Assembly (NCBI RefSeq): GCF_001194135.2
Contig: NC_068982.1
Coordinates: 101,304,686-101,360,760, forward strand
Length of the DNA: 56,075 nucleotides
Origin: Octopus bimaculoides
Lineage: Eukaryota
Reading direction: 5' to 3'
Notes under the pieces: model-generated
The model's database searches: none
What the model was told of the DNA's origin: nothing
Seen by the model: the letters and a program-made list of their open reading frames with translations, nothing else
Shown here: one piece after another, positions 1 through 13,170 of the stretch
Layout of the letters: the number at the start of each line of letters is the position of its first letter
How positions within the stretch are numbered: the first letter of the stretch is position 1
Made by a program: the position numbers and the translations under genes

Positions 1-148
1 TATATATATATATATGGAAGCAATATTATCGGTAATGGCCGAAATTGCACTTTGACATTCCTGCCGATAACTGAAGTGGAGTTGGTGATATTCTGTGTTT
101 TCTGTTCGCCTGTGTATTTATTTACTACACATGTTTTTTTGAATTACG

Positions 149-191
<43 letters not shown>

Positions 192-445
192 TTTTCGAAC
201 AACGAAAAAAAAAAGCACAAAATGAGAAACGACAGGCAACATAAAGAACATTCTCGTTCATCAGTTGTCCCCTGTTTCATCTACTCCGCGTTTATATATA
301 TACACATATGCATACATATGTGTATGTATATACGTATTTATGAATCTATATGAATATTTATATATATGTATATGTATGCAGGTATGTACACGCATATATG
401 GATACATACATACACGCATGCATGTATGCATACATACATACATAC

Positions 446-687
446 TCTTTTACCCTTTTACTCTTTTACACGTTGCAGCCATTTGACTGCGTCCATGCTG
501 GGGCACCGCCTTTAATAGAATAAATCGATTCAAGGACTTATTTTTTCTAAGCCTAGTAATTATTCTATCGGTCTTTTATGCCGTACCGCTAAGTTTCAGT
601 CACATAAACACACCAACGTCGGTCGTCAAGTGATGGGTGGGGACAAACACAGACACAAAGACACACACACATAAAATATATGTACAA

Positions 688-720
<33 letters not shown>

Positions 721-770
721 CACGACGGGCTTCTTTCAGTTTCCCTCTAGCAAAGCAATCTACCTACCAC
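446..770 (-). mobile_element. Long tRNA/CORE-like SINE (family A), 5'-truncated copy with internal (CA)n
   Basis: Reverse complement matches the 3' two-thirds of the near-complete copy at 31618-32015 (gaaactgaaagaagcccgtcg, the tail ending cagtcaaatg). Confidence 0.8.
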
Positions 771-1194
771 AAAACCACTTCTAGTATTTATAAATATATA
801 TATATATATTAGTATTTCACTTCTGTTGTATAGTAACTTTAAAAAAAACATTTCTGACTTATTATGTATGCATTTAAACATACACACGCACGTGCACACA
901 TTGACACACACACACTCACACACACCACATACACACACACGTGCGCGAGCACACAGACACACATACATAAGCACACACAGGCACACACTCACACACACAA
1001 ACACACACGTATTCACATAAAAATATATATTCATATACACATACATATATGGACATATATTTATTTTACATATTTCAGTCATTGGTGCGCGGACATACTA
1101 AAGTACCATCTTGAACAAATCGATCACGGTACATGTTTTTTAAAAAAATCTAGCACTCATTCTATCAGTGTCTTTCGCTGAATAATTTTATAAC

Positions 1195-1415
1195 AAGGAC
1201 GTAAGCAAACAAACACCGGATGTCAAGTAGTGGTAGGAGATCCCCATTTGCACACACACACATAATGCAAAACACACACACACACGCACGATCGGGATGC
1301 CACACAGTTTCCGTCAACGAAATTCACTCACAAGGCTTTGGTCGTCCCGGGCTGTAATACGTGGTAATTGCCCAAGGTGCTGCGGAGTAGGACTGAATCC
1401 AGAACCACGTGCTTG
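1195..1415 (-). mobile_element. Family A SINE, diverged copy
   Basis: Contains cagtttccgtc...ctcacaaggctttggtcg...tgcccaaggtg...ggactgaatccagaaccac, the reverse complement of the family A head and core. Confidence 0.75.
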
Positions 1416-2454
1416 CTGTATCTGCCCCTGTAGACATTCATGTATAGCAAATACATACATACATACATACATACATACATACATACATACTTACATACAT
1501 ACATACATATATACATTCGTACATAACACACCTGCATTATTTACGCACATGCATATATACATACACACACGTACATGCATACATACATAATACATATATA
1601 CATGCATAAACACAAACATACTTATCAATCGATTAACTACGTATCAAATAGAAATCAAATACTGTCCCAAGCGATTGCAAAAAAAACAAAAAACAAAAAC
1701 NNNNNNNNNNNNNNNNNNNNNNNNNNNNNNNNNNNNNNNNNNNNNNNNNNNNNNNNNNNNNNNNNNNNNNNNNNNNNNNNNNNNNNNNNNNNNNNNNNNN
1801 NNNNNNNNNNNNNNNNNNNNNNNNNNNNNNNNNNNNNNNNNNNNNNNNNNNNNNNNNNNNNNNNNNNNNNNNNNNNNNNNNNNNNNNNNNNNNNNNNNNN
1901 NNNNNNNNNNNNNNNNNNNNNNNNNNNNNNNNNNNNNNNNNNNNNNNNNNNNNNNNNNNNNNNNNNNNNNNNNNNNNNNNNNNNNNNNNNNNNNNNNNNN
2001 NNNNNNNNNNNNNNNNNNNNNNNNNNNNNNNNNNNNNNNNNNNNNNNNNNNNNNNNNNNNNNNNNNNNNNNNNNNNNNNNNNNNNNNNNNNNNNNNNNNN
2101 NNNNNNNNNNNNNNNNNNNNNNNNNNNNNNNNNNNNNNNNNNNNNNNNNNNNNNNNNNNNNNNNNNNNNNNNNNNNNNNNNNNNNNNNNNNNNNNNNNNN
2201 NNNNNNNNNNNNNNNNNNNNNNNNNNNNNNNNNNNNNNNNNNNNNNNNNNNNNNNNNNNNNNNNNNNNNNNNNNNNNNNNNNNNNNNNNNNNNNNNNNNN
2301 NNNNNNNNNNNNNNNNNNNNNNNNNNNNNNNCCATCTATCACTCTTCGTGTCTATCTTTCTTTAATCAGCCTTCTAAAGTGTCAATCAATCTTTCTGTAT
2401 ATACATCACTATTAATCCTATTTATAAATCTTGTAGGCTCTCACTCACTCTCCC

Positions 2455-2506
<52 letters not shown>

Positions 2507-2799
2507 ACTCTCCAATATATTTCTATATCCCTCTCCCACGTAACATTACGGAAACTTACTCCATAGTTCTCATATATTGTTTATACAGTATATGGGATAA
2601 ACGTGATCTATGTTGTAAAGTCTCGCTTCCTCTAGTTTTCGCATTTTCTCTCACTTCCTCATCCACACGCTTTCTCCTTCATTATCTGAGCGTGCAAATG
2701 TGTATGCACATATACACATATACACATATACACACGCACAAGCATATCCATGTATGCATGTATATGGCATGTTTCTGTGGTTTGCATCAAATTTGGTTC

Positions 2800-2923
2800 A
2801 AGTTTACTTCACAACCACGTGGCTTTGGGATTGAGTCCTACACCACATCATGTTGGACGACAAATGAGTGTTGCCGGCCTGATCCATGCTCTGTACGTTA
2901 TAAGGAAACTATGCGGAAGCCTG

Positions 2924-2925
<2 letters not shown>
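2800..2925 (+). mobile_element. Family A SINE head, highly degenerate
   Basis: aaccacgtggctttgggattgagtccta...ggaaactatgcggaagcctgtc, followed by the usual (TA)n. Confidence 0.5.
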
Positions 2926-2926
<1 letters not shown>

Positions 2927-3018
<92 letters not shown>

Positions 3019-3106
3019 TGTATATATACATACATATATATATGTATATATACATTCATACATACATATATTTATATATATATGTATATATGTATATGTA
3101 TGTAAG

Positions 3107-3157
<51 letters not shown>

Positions 3158-3200
3158 CTCTATCTATCTATCTATCTACATCTATCTATATATCTACATC
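2927..3200. repeat. Compound microsatellite (TA)n / (CTAT)n
   Basis: Read directly from the sequence. Confidence 0.95.
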
Positions 3201-3693
3201 TATATCTATACATACATACGTGCATATGTATATTGTTTATACAACACACACATATGTATGTGTTTGTGTGTGTAAGAGAGAGAGAAAGAGAGGGAGATTG
3301 TGTGTGTATATGTATGTATGTGTGTGTGCGCGTGTTTGTGTGTGTCTGTGAGTGTCTGTGTGTATATATAATAATAATTATAAAGAAATTTCGACAGAAG
3401 TAATGAAGGTATTGTTGATACAGATATAAAAGGTTTCCAAACGTTCCCAAGGAAACGGAATACTGCTTACATCTACGTTTTTTTATATCTATATATATCT
3501 AGTGTTCTGAGAGACACAGAAATTCACTATCAAACGCTAGGCTGATGGTGTGATATTAGAATGTAAAGAGTTAAACAGTATTTCATTTCATATCCTTAGG
3601 AAAATTTGAAGAACTCATATCTCTGTATAAATAAAGACACCATGCAGTTTGTAATTCCTGACTAATCTTCCCTCATCAACATGTGAATGTGTA

Positions 3694-3775
<82 letters not shown>

Positions 3776-3895
3776 TGTGTGTGCGGGCGGGCGCGTGTAT
3801 ACACATCCATCACAGAAGTAAATATAATCATTAAAATTTCTTTACATCTGAAATTATACATTCAAATTATTTATTAATTGTTATAATGTGAATAT

Positions 3896-4900
3896 TTAAT
3901 ATTTAATAAACATGCTCTTTGCATTTTTCAATACAAGCACCTTATTAGGCATGTTACTGATCAGATGACGAATATTCTCTTGCGGAATTTCTTGCCAAGT
4001 TTCATGCAGTAATCTCAAAAGATCTGGCTTTGAAGATGCTTTCTTGTTCTTTTTATGAAATATCCTGTCCATCATGTCCCAGGAATGTTCAATAGGGTTC
4101 GCATCTAGTGACTGGCTTGGCCACGGAAGTTTTTTAATGCTATTCTCCTCCAACAAATCTTAGGTCATTTTAGCTGTGTGACAAGGAGCCCCATCTTCCA
4201 TAAATGAAATTTTCTTTATTCTTTTCATCACTGGAGAAGTTTGGAAGGGGTCCTTCTGCAATATGGACTCATATTTATCTGAGTTTATGTTTACTCCACA
4301 CTCCACCAGCTCTGATCAATCATTGCTCCAAATTGCTCCCCAGATCATTACAGAATAGCTTCCGTGTTTCATTATTGGCTGCAATCTTTTCACATCAAAT
4401 TCTTGATCACAGAATCTCTAGACCCACACTCGACCACTGTCAGGAAATACAGCAAATCTGGACTCATCAGAGAATATGACTGCGTCCCAAAATGCTAGTG
4501 GCCTCTCCATCATCTCACTGGCCCAATCTTTTCTCCGCCTGATGTTGGCTGATCGAAGAAGGGGCTTCCTTCTTGCTGCTCTGCCATAGTAACCAAGTTT
4601 GTGGAGCTACATGACGGCTGTTCTGGGACTGACATCAGCTTGTGCTGCTATGTCAGAGGCCTTGCAACGAAGATTATCTTCTACACTTCTCTTAGCAAAG
4701 AGAAGGGTCAGAGGGCTCTGGTTGATCTGAGTGAGGAGATGTGGACTCCTTTCCCTCTCTGCTCAATTGCACAACCACTCTGTTAGCTGTAGAAAGCGGG
4801 CAAGGTTTTCTGCGATTTTACGCTATGTCCACCTTCAGAATGACTCACAATAAGGTCTCTTTGAATATTCAGAGTGCCAAGGTTTCTTTGATATATGGGA
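3896..4900 (-). pseudogene. Tc1-family DD34E transposase pseudogene
   Basis: Minus-strand translation gives LGYYGRAARRKPLL, VIFSDESRF (D1), SVMIW, FMEDGAPCHTAK (D2) and WPSQSLDANPIEHSW (E, 34 residues after D2). In-frame stops and frameshifts are present; no TIRs recognised. Confidence 0.9.
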
Positions 4901-5057
4901 TGATTAGCCAATCACATATAGAACCTGAAACGTAAATAAGTAAATTGATATACATACGTACATACATACATACATACATACACACACATATATGTATGTA
5001 TGTATGTATATATATATATGTGTGTGTGTGTACGTATGTGTGTGCGTTTGTATAGGT

Positions 5058-5610
5058 CCAGGCATGGCTTTGTGGTTTGAAGCTTGCTTCCTAACCACAT
5101 GGTTCCGGGTTCAGTCCCACAGCGTGGTACCTTGGGCAAGTGTCTTCTACTATAACCTCGGGCCGATCGAAGCCTTGTGAGTGGATTTGGTAGACAGGAA
5201 CTAAAAGAATCCCGTCGTATATATATATATAAATAAATATAAAGAAGAAAATGAATATAAACTATATGTCTTTATATATACCTATTATTTTAAGGAAATT
5301 CATTCTCCCAAAATACTAGGTATTGAACTAGTATTTCTTTGGATGAAACCATCCCTTTATGAAGTTTACACATCCTCTAATTGAATTTATGTGTGATTGT
5401 GTGTGTGTCTTCGTGTCTGTGTTTGTGCCCCTACCACCGATGTTGTTGCGTTTATGTCCCCATAACCCAGCGGTTCGGCATAAGAGACCAATAGAAAATG
5501 TACTAGGCTTACAAAGACCTGGGGTTGATTTCTTCGACTAAAACCCTTTAAGGTGGTTCTGCAGCATGGCCACAGTCAAATGACTGAAACACCTACAATA
5601 ATAAAAGAAT
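5058..5610 (+). mobile_element. Family A SINE, near full length with expanded internal spacer
   Basis: Head ggttccgggttcagtccca, CORE-like ccttgggcaagtg, AT-rich/(TG)n spacer at about 5220-5410, tail cagcatggccacagtcaaatgactgaaac. Confidence 0.85.
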
Positions 5611-5640
5611 ATATATATATATAATGCTTAAACAACAATA

Positions 5641-5838
5641 ATATTGACAGTGACTTCGAAGTTTCGACCAACTAAGTCATCGTCGGAGTGCGATGTATTG
5701 AAGTTAATCTTGGTTTTATATAGTCTCTATTGAGTTTAAATCTTTCTTAGGTCTGTGGGTTTGAATGTAGAGGGTGGGTTCGCAGTTCGAAGGATAGCTT
5801 AGCTGGTCGAAACTTCGAAGTCGCTGTCAATAATATTC
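5641..5838. mobile_element. Penelope-like terminal-repeat fragment in inverted arrangement
   Basis: About 35-bp inverted repeat (5641-5676 vs about 5798-5833, two mismatches in the core) carrying a hammerhead-like GAAA-palindrome-GTC motif. Inverted terminal repeats are known for PLE insertions. Confidence 0.55.
5648..5690 (-). ncRNA. Minimal type-I hammerhead-ribozyme-like motif (U4C variant)
   Basis: cact CCGACGA t gac-ttagttg-gtc GAAA cttcgaag TC actg: stem II present, palindromic stem III ACTTCGAAGT, GUC triplet, weak stem I. Confidence 0.6.
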
Positions 5839-5934
5839 TCGATTAAGAATAATAAATTTGAGCTCTACAAAAGTATTGAGTAACCCTTAGTGTAGAATTG
5901 TTTTTATTATAACCGAGCATAAAAACAAACATTA

Positions 5935-6305
5935 ATACAAGAGCACTCAGAGAGCGCAAACCTCCGTCAAGGCAACACCAACGTTCCCTCAATGATTAGC
6001 TGGAGTTTATTTTTAAAATGAGAATATCTGAAATAAACTCGACTGCTCTCACAAACGAGAATACTAAAAATGAATCCGACTGCTCTCAAAAATTAAGTAA
6101 AAAAACCGGAAAAATAATCCAGAATCCTTGTCCGGTACCGGATCGATTCAAAAATCGAATCAATTCGTGCCAGTCACAAGGCCAAACGTCCCTGAAAGTT
6201 TTATCCAAATCCATTCATCGGTTCTTGAGATATCTTGTCCACGGACAAACAATCAAACAAACACGACTGAAAACAATACCTCCGCCTTAGCGAAGACAGA
6301 GGTAG
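5935..6305 (-). mobile_element. Non-autonomous Helentron/HINE-like element
   Basis: One end has the hairpin acctccgcctt-agcg-aagacagaggt and a (gttt)n-like tract; the other has gcgctctctgagtgctcttgt with a second acctccg copy. Internal 12-bp palindrome tccggtaccgga. Superfamily call is from recall. Confidence 0.5.
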
Positions 6306-6791
6306 TAAGATCATGTATATATGTTGTTATACCTGAGGTCAGCTTTTGCCAATTTATTTTTCACTATTTATTTGATCTTCATTTTAATTTATTTGTCATT
6401 CTGAGTTCTTTCATCAAACATTCTGTAACCTCTTCAACGACTTTCTAGCCCATGTGTCTCCTCTTGCCCTGCCTATTCCATTTTCATATATATATANNNN
6501 NNNNNNNNNNNNNNNNNNNNNNNNNNNNNNNNNNNNNNNNNNNNNNNNNNNNNNNNNNNNNNNNNNNNNNNNNNNNNNNNNNNNNNNNNNNNNNNNNNNN
6601 NNNNNNNNNNNNNNNNNNNNNNNNNNNNNNNNNNNNNNNNNNNNNNNNNNNNNNNNNNNNNNNNNNNNNNNNNNNNNNNNNNNNNNNNNNNNNNNNNNNN
6701 NNNNNNNNNNNNNNNNNNNNNNNNNNNNNNNNNNNNNNNNNNNNNNNNNNNNNNNNNNNNNNNNNNNNNNNNNNNNNNNNNNNNNNNNNNN

Positions 6792-6832
<41 letters not shown>

Positions 6833-6834
6833 TA

Positions 6835-7548
6835 ATTTTTGCTACGACGTTTCGTATCCGAGACGTCAGATGTAAACAAACAATGAGATCTGTGGATGGG
6901 GTTTGCCCTATCATCAGCACCCATCTAACTCCTTAATCAACCACGAACACAATGCTTAAATAGCCACTAAATACAGCGATGTAACGTCATTATATATACC
7001 AATTTTATATATCAAACGTTATATATACCAATTTTATACATCAAACACATTCTTGGAAGCTGGTCCTTAAATATTAATGACCTTTAGAGACGCGGTATCT
7101 CGTTATGCAGCCATAATATACTATAAATTATATTAAATGTTTTTATAAGTTAATACCGTATTCTACTGTGTTAGAAGTGTACTTTTCATCACTTGTTAAG
7201 GTTATCTCTACGGATATTCAATAGAAATTATAGCCGGCATTGATTTTATGTAACGACGTTTCGTAATGGAGATATCAGATGTAAACAAACAATGAGATCG
7301 AAGATGAAAAAATAGGTAATGGGCGTATATGCCATATTTCGGTAGTTTTTGTTCCTTCATCAACATCCATCTAACCCATTTATCATCCACGAGCATACTG
7401 CTTAAATAGCCACTAAATATAGCGCTGCAACGTTATCGGAAATATCAATTTTACATATTAAACGCATTCCTGGAAGCTGGTAATGCGTTTAATATGTAAA
7501 ATTGTTTGATCACATCTGACGTCTCGGATACGAAACGTCACAACAAAA
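6835..7548 (-). mobile_element. Penelope-like terminal repeat: two tandem copies plus an inverted partial third
   Basis: 6835-7065 and 7240-7480 are diverged direct copies; 7503-7545 is the reverse complement of 6835-6880; hairpin across 7447-7503. Confidence 0.6.
7318..7371 (-). ncRNA. Type-I hammerhead-ribozyme-like motif (C3U variant)
   Basis: gatggatg TTGATGA aggaacaaaaactacc GAAA tatggcat AT-A cgcccatt: stem I pairs at 7 of 8 positions, near-palindromic stem III ATATGGCATAT, AUA triplet. Confidence 0.7.
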
Positions 7549-9616
7549 ATCAGTTGCCCAGGGCACCCACAGATGTAGGGGTCAAATTCTGATCGCTGCT
7601 CTGATTTGCTTTGCTGCCAATAAGTAAATACTATAGGGCACTGTATATTGATTTGCCTGTGGGTCGACAACGCTGCTAAAACGGCCCTGCTTTTGGGTCC
7701 AGCCCCTACTCAGGTCTATCCTGCTCGTATTGGTTTGGAATGGTCCAACAGAAACATCTGTTTCACGTGCCCGGAGAACTGTGAAAATTTAGGCACTAGG
7801 GCACTACACCTTTCACCAGACTCCTCATATATATANNNNNNNNNNNNNNNNNNNNNNNNNNNNNNNNNNNNNNNNNNNNNNNNNNNNNNNNNNNNNNNNN
7901 NNNNNNNNNNNNNNNNNNNNNNNNNNNNNNNNNNNNNNNNNNNNNNNNNNNNNNNNNNNNNNNNNNNNNNNNNNNNNNNNNNNNNNNNNNNNNNNNNNNN
8001 NNNNNNNNNNNNNNNNNNNNNNNNNNNNNNNNNNNNNNNNNNNNNNNNNNNNNNNNNNNNNNNNNNNNNNNNNNNNNNNNNNNNNNNNNNNNNNNNNNNN
8101 NNNNNNNNNNNNNNNNNNNNNNNNNNNNNNNNNNNNNNNNNNNNNNNNNNNNNNNNNNNNNNNNNNNNNNNNNNNNNNNNNNNNNNNNNNNNNNNNNNNN
8201 NNNNNNNNNNNNNNNNNNNNNNNNNNNNNNNNNNNNNNNNNNNNNNNNNNNNNNNNNNNNNNNNNNNNNNNNNNNNNNNNNNNNNNNNNNNNNNNNNNNN
8301 NNNNNNNNNNNNNNNNNNNNNNNNNNNNNNNNNNNNNNNNNNNNNNNNNNNNNNNNNNNNNNNNNNNNNNNNNNNNNNNNNNNNNNNNNNNNNNNNNNNN
8401 NNNNNNNNNNNNNNNNNNNNNNNNNNNNNNNNNNNNNNNNNNNNNNNNNNNNNNNNNNNNNNNNNNNNNNNNNNNNNNNNNNNNNNNNNNNNNNNNNNNN
8501 NNNNNNNNNNNNNNNNNNNNNNNNNNNNNNNNNNNNNNNNNNNNNNNNNNNNNNNNNNNNNNNNNNNNNNNNNNNNNNNNNNNNNNNNNNNNNNNNNNNN
8601 NNNNNNNNNNNNNNNNNNNNNNNNNNNNNNNNNNNNNNNNNNNNNNNNNNNNNNNNNNNNNNNNNNNNNNNNNNNNNNNNNNNNNNNNNNNNNNNNNNNN
8701 NNNNNNNNNNNNNNNNNNNNNNNNNNNNNNNNNNNNNNNNNNNNNNNNNNNNNNNNNNNNTTATGTCCAAGAACCCCATGAATTTTCATACTTTTCAATA
8801 AAACTTGGTATCTCTTGTTTCTGTATCAACGAGTTGGTGATGAATACTCATCTTTTGTAGGCAGCTGATCTGATATGTTAGAGCGAAATGTACCTAGATA
8901 CCTTTCAAACTCTTCCAGTAATCTTCAGTTACGTTTTTAAAACCTTTTGAGAAGCTGTTATAATTCCGAGCGTTTAAATATTAAAATATTACTTTATGTG
9001 TTGTTGATGCGAGAGTTTGACGATGCAAGGGCTCAGATTTGATAGCACCACTTATTTCTTTTGTTTTTCTTCTTTTGTAAGCCAAGCTTTTGATCAAGAT
9101 TTTCGAGGATACTTATGATAACATATCTACGTTCCAGAGAATATTGACGTAATGCACAACGATATCTGTAGTTAAGGTCTATAACTTAGCATATTTCTTT
9201 CTTGAACGCATTTTTCAATCTCTGCAATTAGTAGGTAAGTCTTGTGCTGTTAGAAAGCTATGGTTGGGAGTAGACCAAGGGATTTCCAGAGTGACAACGA
9301 CATTTCTGATCATTGCAGTAACCAGTAATGAAGTTGTGGCTTGTAAACAACCTGTGAAAATGTTTATACAAGTATACATAGCTATACTTACACACACACA
9401 AACANNNNNNNNNNTATATATATATATATATATTTATACATGCACACATACACACACACATATATATATGCATATATATGTACACACACACACATATATG
9501 TCTGTTTGTCTGTCTGTCTGTATGTATGTATGTATGTAAGTATGTATGTCTAGTGCATGCGTGTATTCTTTAGTTTGTTTCATTCATCACATCAAAGGCA
9601 ATGTCGGTACACCTCC

Positions 9617-9661
<45 letters not shown>

Positions 9662-10353
9662 NNNNNNNNNNNNNNNNNNNNNNNNNNNNNNNNNNNNNNN
9701 NNNNNNNNNNNNNNNNNNNNNNNNNNNNNNNNNNNNNNNNNNNNNNNNNNNNNNNNNNNNNNNNNNNNNNNNNNNNNNNNNNNNNNNNNNNNNNNNNNNN
9801 NNNNNNNNNNNNNNNNNNNNNNNNNNNNNNNNNNNNNNNNNNNNNNNNNNNNNNNNNNNNNNNNNNNNNNNNNNNNNNNNNNNNNNNNNNNNNNNNNNNN
9901 NNNNNNNNNNNNNNNNNNNNNNNNNNNNNNNNNNNNNNNNNNNNNNNNNNNNNNNNNNNNNNNNNNNNNNNNNNNNNNNNNNNNNNNNNNNNNNNNNNNN
10001 NNNNNNNNNNNNNNNNNNNNNNNNNNNNNNNNNNNNNNNNNNNNNNNNNNNNNNNNNNNNNNNNNNNNNNNNNNNNNNNNNNNNNNNNNNNNNNNNNNNN
10101 NNNNNNNNNNNNNNNNNNNNNNNNNNNNNNNNNNNNNNNNNNNNNNNNNNNNNNNNNNNNNNNNNNNNNNNNNNNNNNNNNNNNNNNNNNNNNNNNNNNN
10201 NNNNNNNNNNNNNNNNNNNNNNNNNNNNNNNNNNNNNNNNNNNNNNNNNNNNNNNNNNNNNNNNNNNNNNNNNNNNNNNNNNNNNNNNNNNNNNNNNNNN
10301 NNNNNNNNNNNNNNNNNNNNNNNNNNNNNNNNNNNNNNNNNNNNNNNNNNNNN

Positions 10354-10388
<35 letters not shown>

Positions 10389-12039
10389 GCATACACACAC
10401 ACAGAATAAGTTTGAGAATGTGTGTGCGCCTATGTTTCTAAATCATGAGGATCCTCCTCCTCCTCGTTGTCATTGTCTTTGTCGTCATTTTACGTCCGCT
10501 TTTCTATGTTGGCATGTGTTGATCGCAATTTCTGCGGCATTGCTTTATGGCTGGAGATCAGCCATCTTACAAATCATCTCGGTAGCTTTCAGCTCTGTAG
10601 AAAGGTGGTGTGGCTATTCTAAAACCGGGGTAGGCACGCGGTATATATGCATAGATACGTACACACATACATACGTACGTACATACATACATACATACAT
10701 ACATACATACATACATACATACAAACGTATGTGCGTGCGTGTGTGTATGTGTGTTATATACAAACAAACAAAGCAACAGGAGTATAGGTATCAAACTTAT
10801 TCTTTGGTTACAGCTGTTTGAACAACATACGGGTCAAATAAATCCTTTGGAAGGCATGATCAAAAGCCATAATCATGTAACCTTGATTACATAATATTGA
10901 TTATATAACGTAAAACCCACAGTTATTTCATCATGACCTAATGAATAAATTGATACAAGAAAAATTTATACGAATTCCTCTTTGTATATTTAAATACCGT
11001 TGATTCTGTGAGAAAGGTTAATGTTTTTACTGTAGGAAATTCCGTTAGAAATGCAAATAGCAAAAATGGCAATAGTCATGGTTTTAGCCTATCAATTAAC
11101 AAGATAATGATCTTAGAGGTTTCATTTATTAATTAGTCTATATATTCAGACGGTTGTCTGCTCTGAAGAATTATACATTATTAAAACTGTATATCATAGT
11201 TACAGTGTTTTACATTATATAATCAATGTAATAGAATTAACGTTACATGATCATTGCTCATGATCATGTTTTCAAACTTGCTAAACGATAGGAGTTAATT
11301 TTGCCCATATGTTGTTGAAACACTTGTAACTAAGTAACAAATGCAATACCAGTGCGTCAATTCTTTTGCCTGTTATTGAATACTCCATAACTGAAAAAAA
11401 AAATTCTGGATTTTCAGTTCATGTGAAAAGATAAAAAAGTTTTCGACTGAAACATTGTTCTTTTCTACATATTCTCTTAGCAGGTATTTGCAGGAGTGCC
11501 CTTTTCATTTGGTATATGGTTTCGGGCAGTTCTGTCGCGTGACTTGTAAAGGCTCTGCAAATTTTTGTTTCGAGACCCCTTCCCTTCAATCAAAGTTCAT
11601 AATCTACGCACCTTTTATTCGTAGCTATATTTTACGTCACTCTATCTGAAGTTCAATATTCCACGTTATCTTAAAGAACATCTTTAAAAGTGCGACAAGT
11701 TAAATTTATTTAGGTTTGTTACAAATTTCAGTAAGTAAAACTTCCAGATATGAAGAAAAGAGCAACTTTCAAAGACAAACACGGCGCACTTTTCGCTTAG
11801 CGAAATCATCGATCAGTTCAGAATAACCAAGCTGAGAGCTAAGTTCGTGTTCAATAGATATCATAGACAATCCACGAAGTCTGGTACACGTTCGTAGAAC
11901 AAAGTATTATTTTTACAAGAACTTTGCAGGTACAATGTATTACCATTTTATTTCTTGAAATTTTCAGTTAACATAGTTTAATTCTTCTTGTTCAACATCA
12001 TAACCAAAGTAAATAGATGACTCAACTACGTACTTTGGT

Positions 12040-12440
12040 CTTATCATGGGACCCCACAACCGCGGTGTTTTCTATTGTAGCGTTAGACCTGTGATTCCCA
12101 AACTTTTTCCTGCTGCAGCCCCCTAAATTCTAAGGCCATATTCCTAGTGTGTCTCCCCTCACCATCACGAACATAGGCCATTTTCTACAGCAAATTCAAA
12201 ACAACAGTATTTCACAAATAAATCTTAACCTAATTAACCCTTTATTTTCTTTGTTTTTTTTTTTACATCCATCGCTCCATTTTGGTCACCCCATTATCGC
12301 CCCACCATTCTTCAACGCCCCTTCTGGATCTTTCCACCGCCCCCAGTGGGGCGGTACCACCCACTTTGGGAACCACTGCGTTAGACCAACTAGAGCCTTT
12401 TGAGTGGATTTTGTAAAGTAGAAACTGAATGAAGCCCATC
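12040..12440 (+). mobile_element. Family A SINE remnant interrupted by a hAT MITE
   Basis: gtgttttctattgtagc before the MITE and gagccttttgagtggatttt...gaaactgaatgaagcccatcg after it are colinear with family A. Confidence 0.65.
12089..12378. mobile_element. hAT-type MITE with perfect 8-bp TSD
   Basis: TIRs ctgtgattcccaaact / actttgggaaccactg; TSD cgttagac at 12081-12088 and 12379-12386. Confidence 0.9.
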
Positions 12441-12492
12441 GTATATGTACACTCATACATTCGATCATACACCCCCCACGCACACACGCACG

Positions 12493-12560
<68 letters not shown>

Positions 12561-13024
12561 TATAAGCAGAAAGCAGATTTGGTTTTCAAAGCATTATCGG
12601 ACACAGACGCGTTTGGCATTTTGCTGAAAGGCATATAATATGTCCTATAAAGTATTGAACATCGTGCTTGCTATCTACTTATTGTCATAATGTCTATTAT
12701 TTGGCTCGTATTCCAAACTGTACCCCCCCCCCTCAGTTTAGTAACCCGCATCTTACTACACTGGAAACCGAAATGGAATGTGGAACCTACTACTGAGCTG
12801 GTTTGTGGTTGCGCGTCGCACCTTGCTGTGCTCCTCTTTTGATATACGTATGCCTGTGCATTTATGTATTTGTGTGTTTGTGTATGTGCATGTTTGCGTG
12901 TTTGTGTCTGTGTGTGCATGTGTGTGTGTTTGTGTGTGTATGTGAGTGTTTGACTTTGTGTTTGTGTTTGTGCTTGTACCCTAACACTACATGACAAACC
13001 AGTATTGGTTTGTTTAGGTCCATT

Positions 13025-13170
13025 TAACTTAGCTCTTGGGCGAAGGAAACCGATAGTATAAGTGCCAGACGAGGAAATAAGTACTGGAGTCGATTAGTTC
13101 GACGAAAACTTTCCAGGCAATGCCCCAGCATGGCCGCAATCCAATGACGGAAACAAATCAAATATAAAAG
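13025..13170 (+). mobile_element. Family A SINE 3' half
   Basis: accgatagtataagtgccag...ctggagtcgattagttcgac...ccagcatggccgcaatccaatgacggaaac. Confidence 0.7.

Noticed and set aside
6845-6875. Repeated CTGACGT...GAAACGTC motif (also near 7255 and 7515) as a second ribozyme
   Set aside because: A9 is absent and neither stem I nor stem II pairs consistently across the three copies.
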